A stretch of 64,000 nucleotides of DNA from Flavobacterium sp. (GTDB taxonomy: Bacteria; Bacteroidota; Bacteroidia; Flavobacteriales; Flavobacteriaceae): positions 81,797 to 145,796 of the forward strand of contig JBBALV010000004.1 in assembly GCA_040402815.1 (NCBI GenBank), in the 5' to 3' direction. A program made the translations under genes and the position numbers. Under the pieces are notes generated by a model, which was not told the DNA's origin, ran no database searches, and worked only from the letters and a program-made list of their open reading frames with translations. Below are positions 19,958 through 30,158 of the stretch, piece after piece (within the stretch, counting starts at the first letter, position 1; each line of letters starts with the position of its first letter).

Positions 19958-20933
19958 ATTTCCTCGTTTCATCACTCGCTTTTCTATCTTCGTCATACGA
20001 ATCAATGCGGTAATGTTCCTCATCACCTTCCAAGATTTTCAGATAAGAATTGTATCTTGACCAGGCAATTTGGTCATTGTCTAAGGCTTTTTTAATTGCA
20101 CAATGGGGTTCTTCTTTGTGCAAACAATTATTGAATTTGCATTGGTCTTTCAACTGGAAAAATTCTGGGAAATAGCCTGAAATTTCTGCGGGTTCCATGT
20201 CAACAATTCCGAAACCTTTTATTCCAGGAGTGTCAATTATTTTAGCATTAAAACTCAAATCATACATTTCGGCAAACGTGGTGGTGTGTTGCCCTTGTTT
20301 ACTGGCTTCCGAAATGGTTTTTGTTTTTAAATGCAAACTCGGTTCCATAGCGTTAACCAAAGTGGATTTCCCAACGCCTGAATGTCCTGAAAACATGCTT
20401 ACTTTGTCCACCATCATTGCTTTCAGCGCATCAATTCCTTTATTATCCTTTGCAGAAACACGCAAACACCGGTAACCAATTGTTTCGTAAACGTGTTGTA
20501 TGTACAATTGTTCGTCTAAAGTAATCGTGTCGAAGGTATCAATTTTATTAAAAACTAAAATGGTTTCGATGCCGTAAGCTTCGGCAGTAACCAAAAAACG
20601 ATCTATAAAATTAAAGGTCGTTGGCGGATTATTGATGGTTATTAACAAAAAAACATAATCTACGTTAGAAGCGATAATGTGCATCTGGTGAGACAAATTC
20701 ACTGATTTTCGCACAATATAATTCTTTCTTTCGTGAATAGTATGAATACTTCCTGTAACAACATCAGAGGTTTCGTCGAGCTCATAATCCACCACATCGC
20801 CCACGGCTATTGGGTTGGTGCTTTTGATGCCTTTCATTCGGAATTTGCCTTTCATTCGGCATTCCATAAAATCACCTGCTTCCGATTTCACGGTGTACCA
20901 ACTTCCGGTAGATTTATAAACGAGTCCTGTCAT
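19956..20933 (-). CDS. rsgA: Ribosome small subunit-dependent GTPase A
   Basis: Circularly permuted GTPase: NKID, GHSGVGKST, HTTT, DTPG, C-terminal CKFNNCLH.EP.CA zinc finger. Confidence 0.97.
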   Translation of the reverse strand: MTGLVYKSTGSWYTVKSEAGDFMECRMKGKFRMKGIKSTNPIAVGDVVDYELDETSDVVTGSIHTIHERKNYIVRKSVNLSHQMHIIASNVDYVFLLITINNPPTTFNFIDRFLVTAEAYGIETILVFNKIDTFDTITLDEQLYIQHVYETIGYRCLRVSAKDNKGIDALKAMMVDKVSMFSGHSGVGKSTLVNAMEPSLHLKTKTISEASKQGQHTTTFAEMYDLSFNAKIIDTPGIKGFGIVDMEPAEISGYFPEFFQLKDQCKFNNCLHKEEPHCAIKKALDNDQIAWSRYNSYLKILEGDEEHYRIDSYDEDRKASDETRK

Positions 20934-20978
20934 GCTACAAAATTAAATCTTTTTAAGTTAAAAATCAGGAACTATTAT

Positions 20979-21020
20979 TACATAAAAAAAGTTGCCAAAT
21001 TTGACAACTTTTTTTATGTA
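20979..21020. terminator. Hairpin with A/T tracts on both sides; terminator for the 21034-21555 gene
   Basis: TACATAAAAAAAGTTG-CCAAATTTGA-CAACTTTTTTTATGTA. Confidence 0.75.
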
Positions 21021-21033
21021 AATAAAAAATTAT

Positions 21034-21555
21034 TTAGTATTTAAATGCTATTCCAACCATTCTAGTTTGAGAGCTTCCTAATCCTTTTTGATAAGTTTTT
21101 CCAACTGCATAATCTTTGTCCTCTGTAACTAAAACCACTACACCTCCAGCTTTTAAACAATCTTCTTTTAGTCTATCTTCCGATTTTTTATCTGCACTAG
21201 CGCCAGATCTGTAGCTAATAAAAGCTGTTTTTCCTTTTACCTCACCTATTCTTGTCAATCCTTCTACATCATCTAAGTTTTTAGTTAAGATTACTTTTAG
21301 AAAAGCATCTTCACCTGATAAATCAATTTTTTCGGTTATAATTTGACTTCTACCAGAAGAAAATTTGATTGAATTTATTGCTATTTTAGAGATTTTTTGA
21401 GTTAGTTCTTCTCCTTTGTAAACAAAGGTTATCACCGAACCATCAGTACTAGTGACTTTACAATCAATAACTGTACCGTTGTGAAGTTTTAACAAATCTT
21501 GGGCATTAACACTTAATGCAATAAAAAACAAAAAAGATAAAACGAAATTTTTCAT
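21034..21555 (-). CDS. Hypothetical exported protein
   Basis: Signal peptide then QD.LKLHNGTVI.CKV. No family recognised with certainty. Confidence 0.75.
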   Translation of the reverse strand: MKNFVLSFLFFIALSVNAQDLLKLHNGTVIDCKVTSTDGSVITFVYKGEELTQKISKIAINSIKFSSGRSQIITEKIDLSGEDAFLKVILTKNLDDVEGLTRIGEVKGKTAFISYRSGASADKKSEDRLKEDCLKAGGVVVLVTEDKDYAVGKTYQKGLGSSQTRMVGIAFKY

Positions 21556-21859
21556 ATTAATTTAAAATTTAAAAAAAATACAATAGTATTAAAAATAATA
21601 ATATTTTACAATTTTAGCGCTATTATTTTCTTGACTCGCGACATTAAATGTGACTTAAACGACTTCTATAATAAATTGAGAGTTAACAGTATTTATAAAT
21701 ATTGTACAATAAATTTTTTTAATAAATCGTTAATAATCAATACAATTGAGACAACTTTATTTGTTTCAAACCTTATATTTAAGAATTCAATCAATTCGAT
21801 TTTTTACATTAATATAAGGTCCATTTTAACGTTGTAAATCAAAATTTATCGATTGCTTT

Positions 21860-22513
21860 TTACAACTCACCTTCCCATTCTGCGTAAAATTGCGAAAGAA
21901 AATGTTCCATGAATAGGTGTCGTTTGGCTGCAATTTTCTTTCCAGTTTCGGTGTTCATTTTATCTTTTAGAAGCAACAGTTTTTCATAAAAATGATTGAT
22001 GGTTGGGCCTGAATTATTTTTATAAACTTCTTTGCTCATGTTGGTTAATGGAGCAATATTTGGGTCATAGAGCGTTCTGTTTTTAAACCCGCCATAATTG
22101 AATGTTCGTGCGACACCAATGGCTCCTATGGCGTCCAATCGATCGGCATCTTGAACAATATCTAACTCAATTGAGGTAAATTTTTTGTCGGTATTTCCGC
22201 CTTTAAAAGAAATGTTTTCAATGATTTTTATAACATGAAAGATGGTTTCTTGAGCTACATTTTCGTTTTCAAGGAAACTTTGCGCCAATTTAGGACCAAT
22301 AGTTTCATCGCCGTTATGAAATTTACTATCGGCAATATCATGGAGTAAAGCGCCCAATTGCACTACCAAAAGTTCGCACTTTTCATCATTTGCAATCAAC
22401 AAACTGTTTTTATACACCCTCTCGATATGAAACCAATCATGACCACCTTCGGCGTTTTCTAACTTTTGTTTTACAAAAGCAATTGTTTTTATAATTAGTG
22501 CAGTATGCTCCAT
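21860..22513 (-). CDS. HD-domain phosphohydrolase
   Basis: GHDWFHIERV, ALLHDIAD, VQDADRLDAIGAIG. Confidence 0.9.
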   Translation of the reverse strand: MEHTALIIKTIAFVKQKLENAEGGHDWFHIERVYKNSLLIANDEKCELLVVQLGALLHDIADSKFHNGDETIGPKLAQSFLENENVAQETIFHVIKIIENISFKGGNTDKKFTSIELDIVQDADRLDAIGAIGVARTFNYGGFKNRTLYDPNIAPLTNMSKEVYKNNSGPTINHFYEKLLLLKDKMNTETGKKIAAKRHLFMEHFLSQFYAEWEGEL

Positions 22514-22696
22514 TTAAAATTATTTTTTCAGAAGATTTTGTGTGCCAACTCTTTAAAAAATGGGGAGTAATTTTCTCCAAAAATAAGATTTTAATTTAAA
22601 AAACAAGTCTTCAAGTTAGAATTGGATGCATCTGTTGAAAATTATAATTCGTAAATATCCTTCTAATATCCTTAAATTTGCGCTACATTTATAGCT

Positions 22697-23923
22697 ATGT
22701 TAGAAAAAGAAACAATTAATTTCGAAAAAACAGTTCTTGTGGGTATTGTTACTCAAAAACAAGAGGAAGAAAAATTGACAGAATACCTGGATGAGTTGGA
22801 GTTTTTGACTTTTACTGCTGGAGGAGAAGTGATCAAACGCTTTTTCCAAAAAATGGAACGCCCAAATCCGAAAACATTTTTAGGCACTGGAAAAATAGAA
22901 GAAATCAATCATTATGTAAAAGAAAACAATATTTCTACTATTGTTTTTGATGATGAATTAACGCCTTCTCAACAAAAAAACATTTCCAGAATTATTGATT
23001 GTAAAATCTTGGATCGAACACACCTTATCTTAGATATTTTTGCACAAAGAGCCGAAACTTCTTATGCAAGAACGCAAGTAGAACTAGCGCAATGCATCTA
23101 TCTTTTGCCACGACTTTCGGGAATGTGGACGCACTTGGAACGTCAAAAAGGGGGAATAGGGATGCGTGGACCTGGCGAAACCGAAATAGAAACCGACCGT
23201 CGTATTGTTAGAGATCGAATTGCCTTATTGAAAGAAAAAATAAAAGTTATTGATAAACAAATGGGAGTGCAACGCGGCAATCGTGGCGCTATGGTTAGAG
23301 TAGCTTTAGTAGGGTATACCAATGTTGGAAAATCAACTTTAATGAATGTGGTCAGTAAAAGTGAAGTTTTTGTAGAGAATAAACTATTCGCCACCTTAGA
23401 CACAACAGTCAGAAAAGTAGTGATTGGAAACCTTCCTTTTTTACTTTCGGATACCGTTGGTTTTATCAGAAAATTACCCACTCAATTGGTAGATTCATTC
23501 AAAAGTACTTTAGACGAAGTGCGTGAAGCCGATTTGTTGCTTCATGTTGTAGATATTTCTCACCCAGATTTCGAAGACCACATTGCTTCTGTCAATCAAA
23601 CGTTGATGGATATTAAAAGCAACGATAAGCCTGTAATCATGGTATTCAATAAAATAGATGCTTTTAAAAACCAAACCATAGACGAAGACGATTTAATTAC
23701 CGAAAAAACCAAAAAACATTATACCCTTAGCGAATGGAAATCCACTTGGATGCATCATGTTGGGGAAGAAAATGCGCTATTTATTTCGGCAATTAATAAA
23801 GAAAATCTAGAAGAATTTAAAGAGCGTGTTTATGAAAAAGTGCGACAAATTCATATCACCCGTTTTCCTTACAATAAATTTTTATATCCCGATTATAAAG
23901 ATGTTATCGAAAAAGAAGAGTAA
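22697..23923 (+). CDS. hflX: GTPase HflX
   Basis: GPGETEIETDRR, GYTNVGKST, LFATLDTT, DTVGFI, NKID. -7 element TAAATTTG at 22673-22680. Confidence 0.97.
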   Translation: MLEKETINFEKTVLVGIVTQKQEEEKLTEYLDELEFLTFTAGGEVIKRFFQKMERPNPKTFLGTGKIEEINHYVKENNISTIVFDDELTPSQQKNISRIIDCKILDRTHLILDIFAQRAETSYARTQVELAQCIYLLPRLSGMWTHLERQKGGIGMRGPGETEIETDRRIVRDRIALLKEKIKVIDKQMGVQRGNRGAMVRVALVGYTNVGKSTLMNVVSKSEVFVENKLFATLDTTVRKVVIGNLPFLLSDTVGFIRKLPTQLVDSFKSTLDEVREADLLLHVVDISHPDFEDHIASVNQTLMDIKSNDKPVIMVFNKIDAFKNQTIDEDDLITEKTKKHYTLSEWKSTWMHHVGEENALFISAINKENLEEFKERVYEKVRQIHITRFPYNKFLYPDYKDVIEKEE

Positions 23924-24071
23924 TGGTTTAAAATCTCGATTTTGAAATAAGAAATTATAACAACAAGCATTTTTCTATACCAACACCATAATTAAATACA
24001 ACTTTTTCATATTAAGGGAATAAAGCGATTAATTTTTGCAAATCAATCTCTTTTCCTATTTTTGCACCACT

Positions 24072-25613
24072 ATGGCAAAACAAGACGATTTATTTAAGAA
24101 TGTAGTTTCGCATGCAAAAGAGTACGGATTTATTTTTCCGTCAAGCGAAATATACGATGGTTTGAGTGCAGTTTATGATTATGCTCAAAATGGAGTAGAA
24201 TTAAAGAAAAATATTAGAGAATATTGGTGGAAATCAATGGTGCAAATGCACGAAAATATTGTGGGTCTTGATGCCGCAATCTTGATGCACCCAACTACTT
24301 GGAAAGCTTCTGGGCACGTTGATGCCTTTAACGATCCATTAATTGACAATAAAGATTCCAAAAAAAGATACCGAGCTGATGTTTTAATTGAGGATTATGC
24401 TGAAAAATTAAACCAAAAAGCAGAAAAGGAAATTGAAAAAGCGGCGATGCGTTTTGGCGATGCTTTCAATCGCGAAGAATTTATCACTACCAATGCACGC
24501 GTGGTAGAATACCTTTCTAAAAAGAATGAAATCTTAGCAAGAATGGCCAAATCGCTTGGCGATGAAAATCTAGAAGACGTAAAAGCTTTAATAGAAGAAT
24601 TAGAGATTGCCTGTCCTGAATCGGGTTCTAGAAACTGGACCGAGGTGAAGCAATTCAACTTGATGTTCGGCACTAAATTAGGTGCTTCGGCTGATTCTGC
24701 AATGGATTTATACCTCCGTCCTGAAACGGCGCAAGGAATTTTTGTTAACTTTCTAAACGTGCAAAAATCAGGTAGAATGAAAATTCCGTTTGGAATTGCA
24801 CAAACCGGAAAAGCTTTCCGTAATGAAATTGTGGCGCGCCAGTTCATATTCCGTATGCGCGAGTTTGAACAAATGGAAATGCAATTTTTTGTAAAACCAG
24901 GCGAGGAAATGAAATGGTATGAATACTGGAAAACGACGCGTTTAAACTGGCATTTATCGCTTGGTTTAGGGCGCGAAAATTACCGTTTTCACGACCACGA
25001 AAAATTAGCTCATTATGCGAATGCGGCAGCCGATATCGAATTTAATTTCCCATTCGGATTCAAAGAATTGGAAGGAATTCACTCTAGAACGGATTTCGAT
25101 TTAAAAGCACACGAAAAATTCTCAGGCAAAAAAATGCAGTATTTCGATACCGAAACCAATGCCAATTACACGCCTTATGTTGTAGAAACTTCTGTAGGAT
25201 TAGATAGAATGTTCTTGTCAGTTTTTGCAACAGCATTAAAAGAAGAAACGTTAGAAGATGGTTCTACACGAACAGTTTTACAGTTGCCATCGGTTTTAGC
25301 ACCAACAAAAGCAGCGGTTTTGCCATTAGTAAAAAAAGACGGTTTGCCTGATGTAGCTAGAAGAATCATTGAAGAATTAAAATGGGATTTCAATGTGGCT
25401 TATGATGAGAAAGATGCTGTTGGTCGTCGTTACAGAAGACAAGATGCTTTAGGAACGCCATTTTGCATCACCGTAGATCATCAAACATTGGAAGACGAAA
25501 CCGTTACCATTCGTCACAGAGACACAATGAAACAAGACCGAGTGAAAATAGCCGAATTGAAAAACATTATCGAAAATGAAGTTTCAATGAAAAATTGGTT
25601 GATGAAAATGTAA
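24072..25613 (+). CDS. glyS: Glycine--tRNA ligase (alpha2 homodimeric type)
   Basis: SSEIYDG, LRPETAQGIF, FRNEI...FRMREFEQME, EGIHSRTDFDL, anticodon domain. Start moved to ATG 24072 downstream of -7 element TATTTTTG (24057-24064). Confidence 0.96.
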   Translation: MAKQDDLFKNVVSHAKEYGFIFPSSEIYDGLSAVYDYAQNGVELKKNIREYWWKSMVQMHENIVGLDAAILMHPTTWKASGHVDAFNDPLIDNKDSKKRYRADVLIEDYAEKLNQKAEKEIEKAAMRFGDAFNREEFITTNARVVEYLSKKNEILARMAKSLGDENLEDVKALIEELEIACPESGSRNWTEVKQFNLMFGTKLGASADSAMDLYLRPETAQGIFVNFLNVQKSGRMKIPFGIAQTGKAFRNEIVARQFIFRMREFEQMEMQFFVKPGEEMKWYEYWKTTRLNWHLSLGLGRENYRFHDHEKLAHYANAAADIEFNFPFGFKELEGIHSRTDFDLKAHEKFSGKKMQYFDTETNANYTPYVVETSVGLDRMFLSVFATALKEETLEDGSTRTVLQLPSVLAPTKAAVLPLVKKDGLPDVARRIIEELKWDFNVAYDEKDAVGRRYRRQDALGTPFCITVDHQTLEDETVTIRHRDTMKQDRVKIAELKNIIENEVSMKNWLMKM

Positions 25614-25628
25614 GTTTAGCAACAATTA

Positions 25629-26933
25629 ATGAAAGTATTTAAAATCAGCTTCGCAATACTAGTGCTAATAATAGCACTTGTTTTTGTGAAGTTTTCTTTT
25701 GCGCAAAGCATAACGGTTTTGGACACTACCAATCATGAGTTTAGAAAAAATCTTGAGGCTTTCTATGCATTAAAATCAGAGGAAACAAAATTATTTTGCA
25801 AGAAAATCGAAGATAGAAAAACTCGAAAAGAAGTAGAAGCTGATGTGAACGAGTTTAAAGACGATTTTATCAAGGAAATAAAAGCGGGTTATTTTGTTGA
25901 TGAAAAAAAGTACGCGGATAGAGTTGATGCAACATTTCAAACCATTCAAAAAGCAAATCCTGAAATTCAAAACATGAAATTGCTAGTAAAATTAGGAAAT
26001 GAGGTTAATGCTTATAATTTTGGCGAAGATATAGTTGTTATTTATTTAAAATTTATAGAAGAAATTGGGAATGAATACCACTTGGCATTTACTGTTAGCC
26101 ATGAAATAGCACATCAATTGCTGAATCATGCTAAAAAAAGATTGGTCAAGCAAGCAGCAATCAACAATTCGGACGCGTTGAAACAGGAAACAAAAGCGAT
26201 ACAGAAACAAAAATATAACAAAGCAAAAAGCGCGAGTTTATTGCACAAAAGAATGGTATATGGCAATCGAGAAGAAAGCAGAAAACGAGAAATAGAAGCC
26301 GATTCCCTTGGTTATAAACTGTTCAAAAAAGCCTATCCAAAACAAAGTTATCAAGCCATAAAAGCTTTAGAATTATTTGATATTATTGACAAGGAAAAAG
26401 ATTCATTATCAGAAAAAGAGTATAGCAATTTCTTTAATTCAGAGAAACAACCTTTTAAACCCCAATGGATTATTAACGATGAAATAGACCAATATAAATA
26501 CGACAAAACGCCAAAGTTTTGGCAAATCGATTCGCTGAAATCCCATCCCGATTGCAGTGCTAGAATTGCGATTTTGAAAAAGATTTATAACATCGAAAAT
26601 CAAAACACAAATGGCGAAGAATCGGACTTTAAAGCATTAAAAAAGGCAGCACAGTATGATGGAATTGTTGGATTGCATTATTTAAAAGACTACGGCAACT
26701 CTTTATACCAGACACTTTTGCTTTTAAAACAGGAACCAGAAAATTCTTTTTTAAGAAAAATGGTCTATGAAAACCTAATCAAAATTCAGGAAGCCGAAAA
26801 TAATTATACGCTCAATAAATATTTAGAAACCATTAATCCGCAGTATTCAAACTCTTATAACACCTATCTTTTCTTTATTAGAAAACTTCGCAAAGTTGAA
26901 CTCGAAAATATCATCAATCTATACAAACCCTAA
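25629..26933 (+). CDS. Exported M48-family zinc metalloprotease
   Basis: Signal peptide, VNAY, SHEIAH (HExxH), REIEADSLG, SHPD...RI. Confidence 0.85.
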   Translation: MKVFKISFAILVLIIALVFVKFSFAQSITVLDTTNHEFRKNLEAFYALKSEETKLFCKKIEDRKTRKEVEADVNEFKDDFIKEIKAGYFVDEKKYADRVDATFQTIQKANPEIQNMKLLVKLGNEVNAYNFGEDIVVIYLKFIEEIGNEYHLAFTVSHEIAHQLLNHAKKRLVKQAAINNSDALKQETKAIQKQKYNKAKSASLLHKRMVYGNREESRKREIEADSLGYKLFKKAYPKQSYQAIKALELFDIIDKEKDSLSEKEYSNFFNSEKQPFKPQWIINDEIDQYKYDKTPKFWQIDSLKSHPDCSARIAILKKIYNIENQNTNGEESDFKALKKAAQYDGIVGLHYLKDYGNSLYQTLLLLKQEPENSFLRKMVYENLIKIQEAENNYTLNKYLETINPQYSNSYNTYLFFIRKLRKVELENIINLYKP

Positions 26934-26935
26934 CT

Positions 26936-28498
26936 ATGAAAAAAACAATTGTCTTATTATTTATCCTTTTAGGAAGTGCTTTGAACGCACAAATACAAAA
27001 ACTAAGCGAACTATCCTCAGCAAAACTTTTAGATTCAAAAATCATATATGAAGAAAATGGAGAAGATATTTATGGCTATTTCTTTCTCTTTCAAAAAGAC
27101 CAAACTCAAAAAGAAGAACTTTTATTGGAATATTCCTTATTAGATAAGAATTTGAATAAAATCACTTCTGGAACCTTTTTGCACCCTATTAATTCAGGGT
27201 TTATGTTTAAAACTTCGGTTGCAATAAAATCGGTAGTAAAAAATAAAAACCAACTTTACATTATTACAGGCGAAACAATGACTGTGTTAGGAATGACGGC
27301 AACTATGAATGGTTTCAGCATGGTTATTGGAGCATTTTATCGGACATTAGATTTAACAACATTTAAATTAGGAAATCCATTCTCGTATGTTGATTTTAAT
27401 AAGATTGACGATTTTGTTTTCTCTAAAAAAACATTCAATAAGAATTCAACATATCCTCAATTTTTTGAACCTACAAATTGCAATGGGTTTTTGTTAAAAC
27501 AAACTTTTAAAAGCAGCGATATTCAAGATATTTATAAAGGAGAAACTATCAAATTTCAAGAATTTCGATTTTATGACAAGGATTTAAACGAAAAATGGGT
27601 TTACAAATACAATCAAGATGATAAAGGCAAATCATTTTATAAATATGAATTGATTGCTAGTGAAGGCACTAATTTAATTTTTTGCAAATATTTATACGAA
27701 AAGCCAAAAGACAACAAGCCAAAGTTAAGTCTTGAAGTGATTGATTCTAATACCGGTTTGAAAAAGTTTGAAGCCAATTTAGATGATGCTCAAAATTTAT
27801 TTGCTGTATATGATGTTAAACTGGATGGGAATATACTCACCGTTTATGCCGCTACAAACGACCCAAATCGTAAAGAGGAATTCAAATACAACAAAATCAC
27901 GGGTTACGCCAAAATGGTATTCGACGCCACTTCTGGCAAAGAATTGAACCGAAACTTTTTTAAATGGGATGCGCTAGCCGACAAATTCAAAATAGACGAA
28001 TTTGGAGAAATAAAATCATATGGATTTATAGAATTCATTGATTTCAAAGCTACTAAAGACGGTAAAACCATTGTTATAGGTGAAGGCTATGACCCAGGAA
28101 GTAGTTCAAAAATATTGGATTTATTTGTTTTCGTCTTTGATCAAAAAATGAAATTAATCGATTACAAAAAAGTAGAAAAAGTTAAAAATAAATTTCAAAA
28201 CCTTAACGCTTCAGGTAGAACAATCAATGTTATTGGTGCTTTTGATTATATGTATTCACAAAAACTTCCAGATGATGGTTATGTTTTTTATTATACAGAT
28301 AATGAAAAAAAGGGTTTAGGCAGCAATAAACATCCAGATTGGATACTTGGAATTGTAACTTATGTAGATGGAAAAATCGACACTCAGAAAATTTCTCTAA
28401 AAGCCAAAGAAGACAATATTATTCCTATTAAAGCCAAAAAAGGGTACATTCTTTTGAGAGATGATAATGAATTGCGATTAGAGAAAATCAATTATTAA
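26936..28498 (+). CDS. Exported hypothetical protein (beta-rich; possibly DUF6770-like)
   Basis: Signal peptide and 520 aa of aromatic, beta-rich sequence. Starts 2 nt after the M48 gene. The family name is tentative. Confidence 0.7.
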   Translation: MKKTIVLLFILLGSALNAQIQKLSELSSAKLLDSKIIYEENGEDIYGYFFLFQKDQTQKEELLLEYSLLDKNLNKITSGTFLHPINSGFMFKTSVAIKSVVKNKNQLYIITGETMTVLGMTATMNGFSMVIGAFYRTLDLTTFKLGNPFSYVDFNKIDDFVFSKKTFNKNSTYPQFFEPTNCNGFLLKQTFKSSDIQDIYKGETIKFQEFRFYDKDLNEKWVYKYNQDDKGKSFYKYELIASEGTNLIFCKYLYEKPKDNKPKLSLEVIDSNTGLKKFEANLDDAQNLFAVYDVKLDGNILTVYAATNDPNRKEEFKYNKITGYAKMVFDATSGKELNRNFFKWDALADKFKIDEFGEIKSYGFIEFIDFKATKDGKTIVIGEGYDPGSSSKILDLFVFVFDQKMKLIDYKKVEKVKNKFQNLNASGRTINVIGAFDYMYSQKLPDDGYVFYYTDNEKKGLGSNKHPDWILGIVTYVDGKIDTQKISLKAKEDNIIPIKAKKGYILLRDDNELRLEKINY

Positions 28499-28598
28499 CA
28501 GCTTTAGTTGTCTGCAAAGTTTTGGGAAAATAAATAGGATTTTAAACCGAAACTCGATAAAAGTTATTTTTTTAATTTATTTTAAGACTAAACAAAGA

Positions 28599-29471
28599 TT
28601 ACCCTTTTCTCTGAGCAGAAATATACACCCCGGTTAATACAATAAATGCGCCCATATACTGTATGGGCGTTAGTTTTTCATGGTCAAGCAATCCCCAAAA
28701 GAAAGCTACAATTGGTATTAAATAAGTAACCGACGTAGCAAATACTGGAGATGATATTTGAATCAGTTTGAAAAACAAGATATTCGCTACACCGGTGCCG
28801 ATAACTCCTAAAATTAAAATGTAAGCCATGGCATTTTGCACGCTATCTGTTGACCAAACGCTTGAAAAACTAGTGCTAAATAAAACGATAAGAGAGGGGA
28901 GAAGTAGCACGGTAAAATTTCCTGTAGAGATGGTTAACGGACTCAGGTCTGATAAATATTTTTTAATTAGATTGACATTAGCTGCATAACATATTGAAGC
29001 GATGATGACCAAAAAAGCATAATAATAATTTTGTTCTGGGTGGTTATTTGCGCCACTCAAAATTAAAAGTGCACTTCCAGCAAGACCAATAAAAACGCCC
29101 ATAATTTGATTTCTTTGGACACCCAATCCGAATGCTAAAACACCTAAAAATAATGTGTTTAAAGGTGTTAATGAATTGAGGATTGCCGTAATCGAACTAC
29201 CCAATTGGGTTTCAGCAATGGCAAAAAGATAGGCCGGAAAAAAAGTGCCAAAAAAGGCTGTGAGTATAATGTATTTCCATTGATTTTGTGGAATTTTAAG
29301 CAAGGTTTTATATCCAATTGCCAAGAGAAAAACCGCTGCAAAAATGATTCGAAGTGACCCCAATTGTAAAGGCGTTAGTCCAATTAATCCTTTTTTAATT
29401 AAAATGAAAGAACTTCCCCAAATTAAGGAAAGAATAATTAAGAAAATCCATTTTATATTTTTGGCAAACAC
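28599..29471 (-). CDS. DMT/EamA family transporter
   Basis: IWGSSFILIK, about 10 hydrophobic helices in two repeats. Confidence 0.92.
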   Translation of the reverse strand: MFAKNIKWIFLIILSLIWGSSFILIKKGLIGLTPLQLGSLRIIFAAVFLLAIGYKTLLKIPQNQWKYIILTAFFGTFFPAYLFAIAETQLGSSITAILNSLTPLNTLFLGVLAFGLGVQRNQIMGVFIGLAGSALLILSGANNHPEQNYYYAFLVIIASICYAANVNLIKKYLSDLSPLTISTGNFTVLLLPSLIVLFSTSFSSVWSTDSVQNAMAYILILGVIGTGVANILFFKLIQISSPVFATSVTYLIPIVAFFWGLLDHEKLTPIQYMGAFIVLTGVYISAQRKG

Positions 29472-29597
29472 AACTCCGTTATTTAGTGTGTCAAAATTCA
29501 GTTATTTTTATGATTTATTGATCCTTTTGACTTCTTTTTTTTGCTACTTTTGAAGTATTAAAAAATAAATTATAATTTCACTTTACTACTTTATCAA

Positions 29598-29993
29598 ATG
29601 AAACTTTCAAAATCAATTTTCACTTTACTTTTTATTACTATTCTATCTATTAGTTGCAAAAATAAAACTAAAGAAATCACTACTACTATTGCTGCACCTG
29701 AAGCTAAAGTCGTTACCAAAACCCCTCCTGTCGGAAAAGTAGAAACCGCCACTTTTCATATTAAAGGGATGACATGTGCTGTGATGTGCGCAGCAAAAAT
29801 ACAAGACGAGCTTACAGCAATGGTCGGTGTTCAAAAGGCTACCGTTGATTTTGATAAAGAAACCGGTACCGTTGAATATGATAGCGCCGTACTTACACTA
29901 GAAAAATTAGTTGAAAAAACAGAATCTGTTGCAGACGGAAAAACCTATAAAGTTTCGAACGTAAAAACAACAGCTACAAAAACAGCAATGTAA
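29598..29993 (+). CDS. Heavy-metal-associated (HMA) domain lipoprotein
   Basis: Lipobox SISC, IKGMTCAVMCA metal motif. -7 element TACTTTTG at 29545-29552. Confidence 0.85.
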   Translation: MKLSKSIFTLLFITILSISCKNKTKEITTTIAAPEAKVVTKTPPVGKVETATFHIKGMTCAVMCAAKIQDELTAMVGVQKATVDFDKETGTVEYDSAVLTLEKLVEKTESVADGKTYKVSNVKTTATKTAM

Positions 29994-30158
29994 ATAGTTG
30001 TTGGTTATCAGTTGACCGTTAAAACGGTTTGATTATTTGAACTTTACGCGTCATTTTTAGCGCTCCGACGGTTGTTAAAAACGAATTCAAAAACAGCATT
30101 ATTATCTGTTTTTTAGAACCAAAATATATTTTGTACTTTTGGCGTTTATATTTTACTA

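Noticed and set aside
21631-21837. 68-aa ORF between the hypothetical and HD genes
   Set aside because: TTG start, Asn/Ile-rich AT-biased composition, opposite strand to both neighbours; likely spurious.
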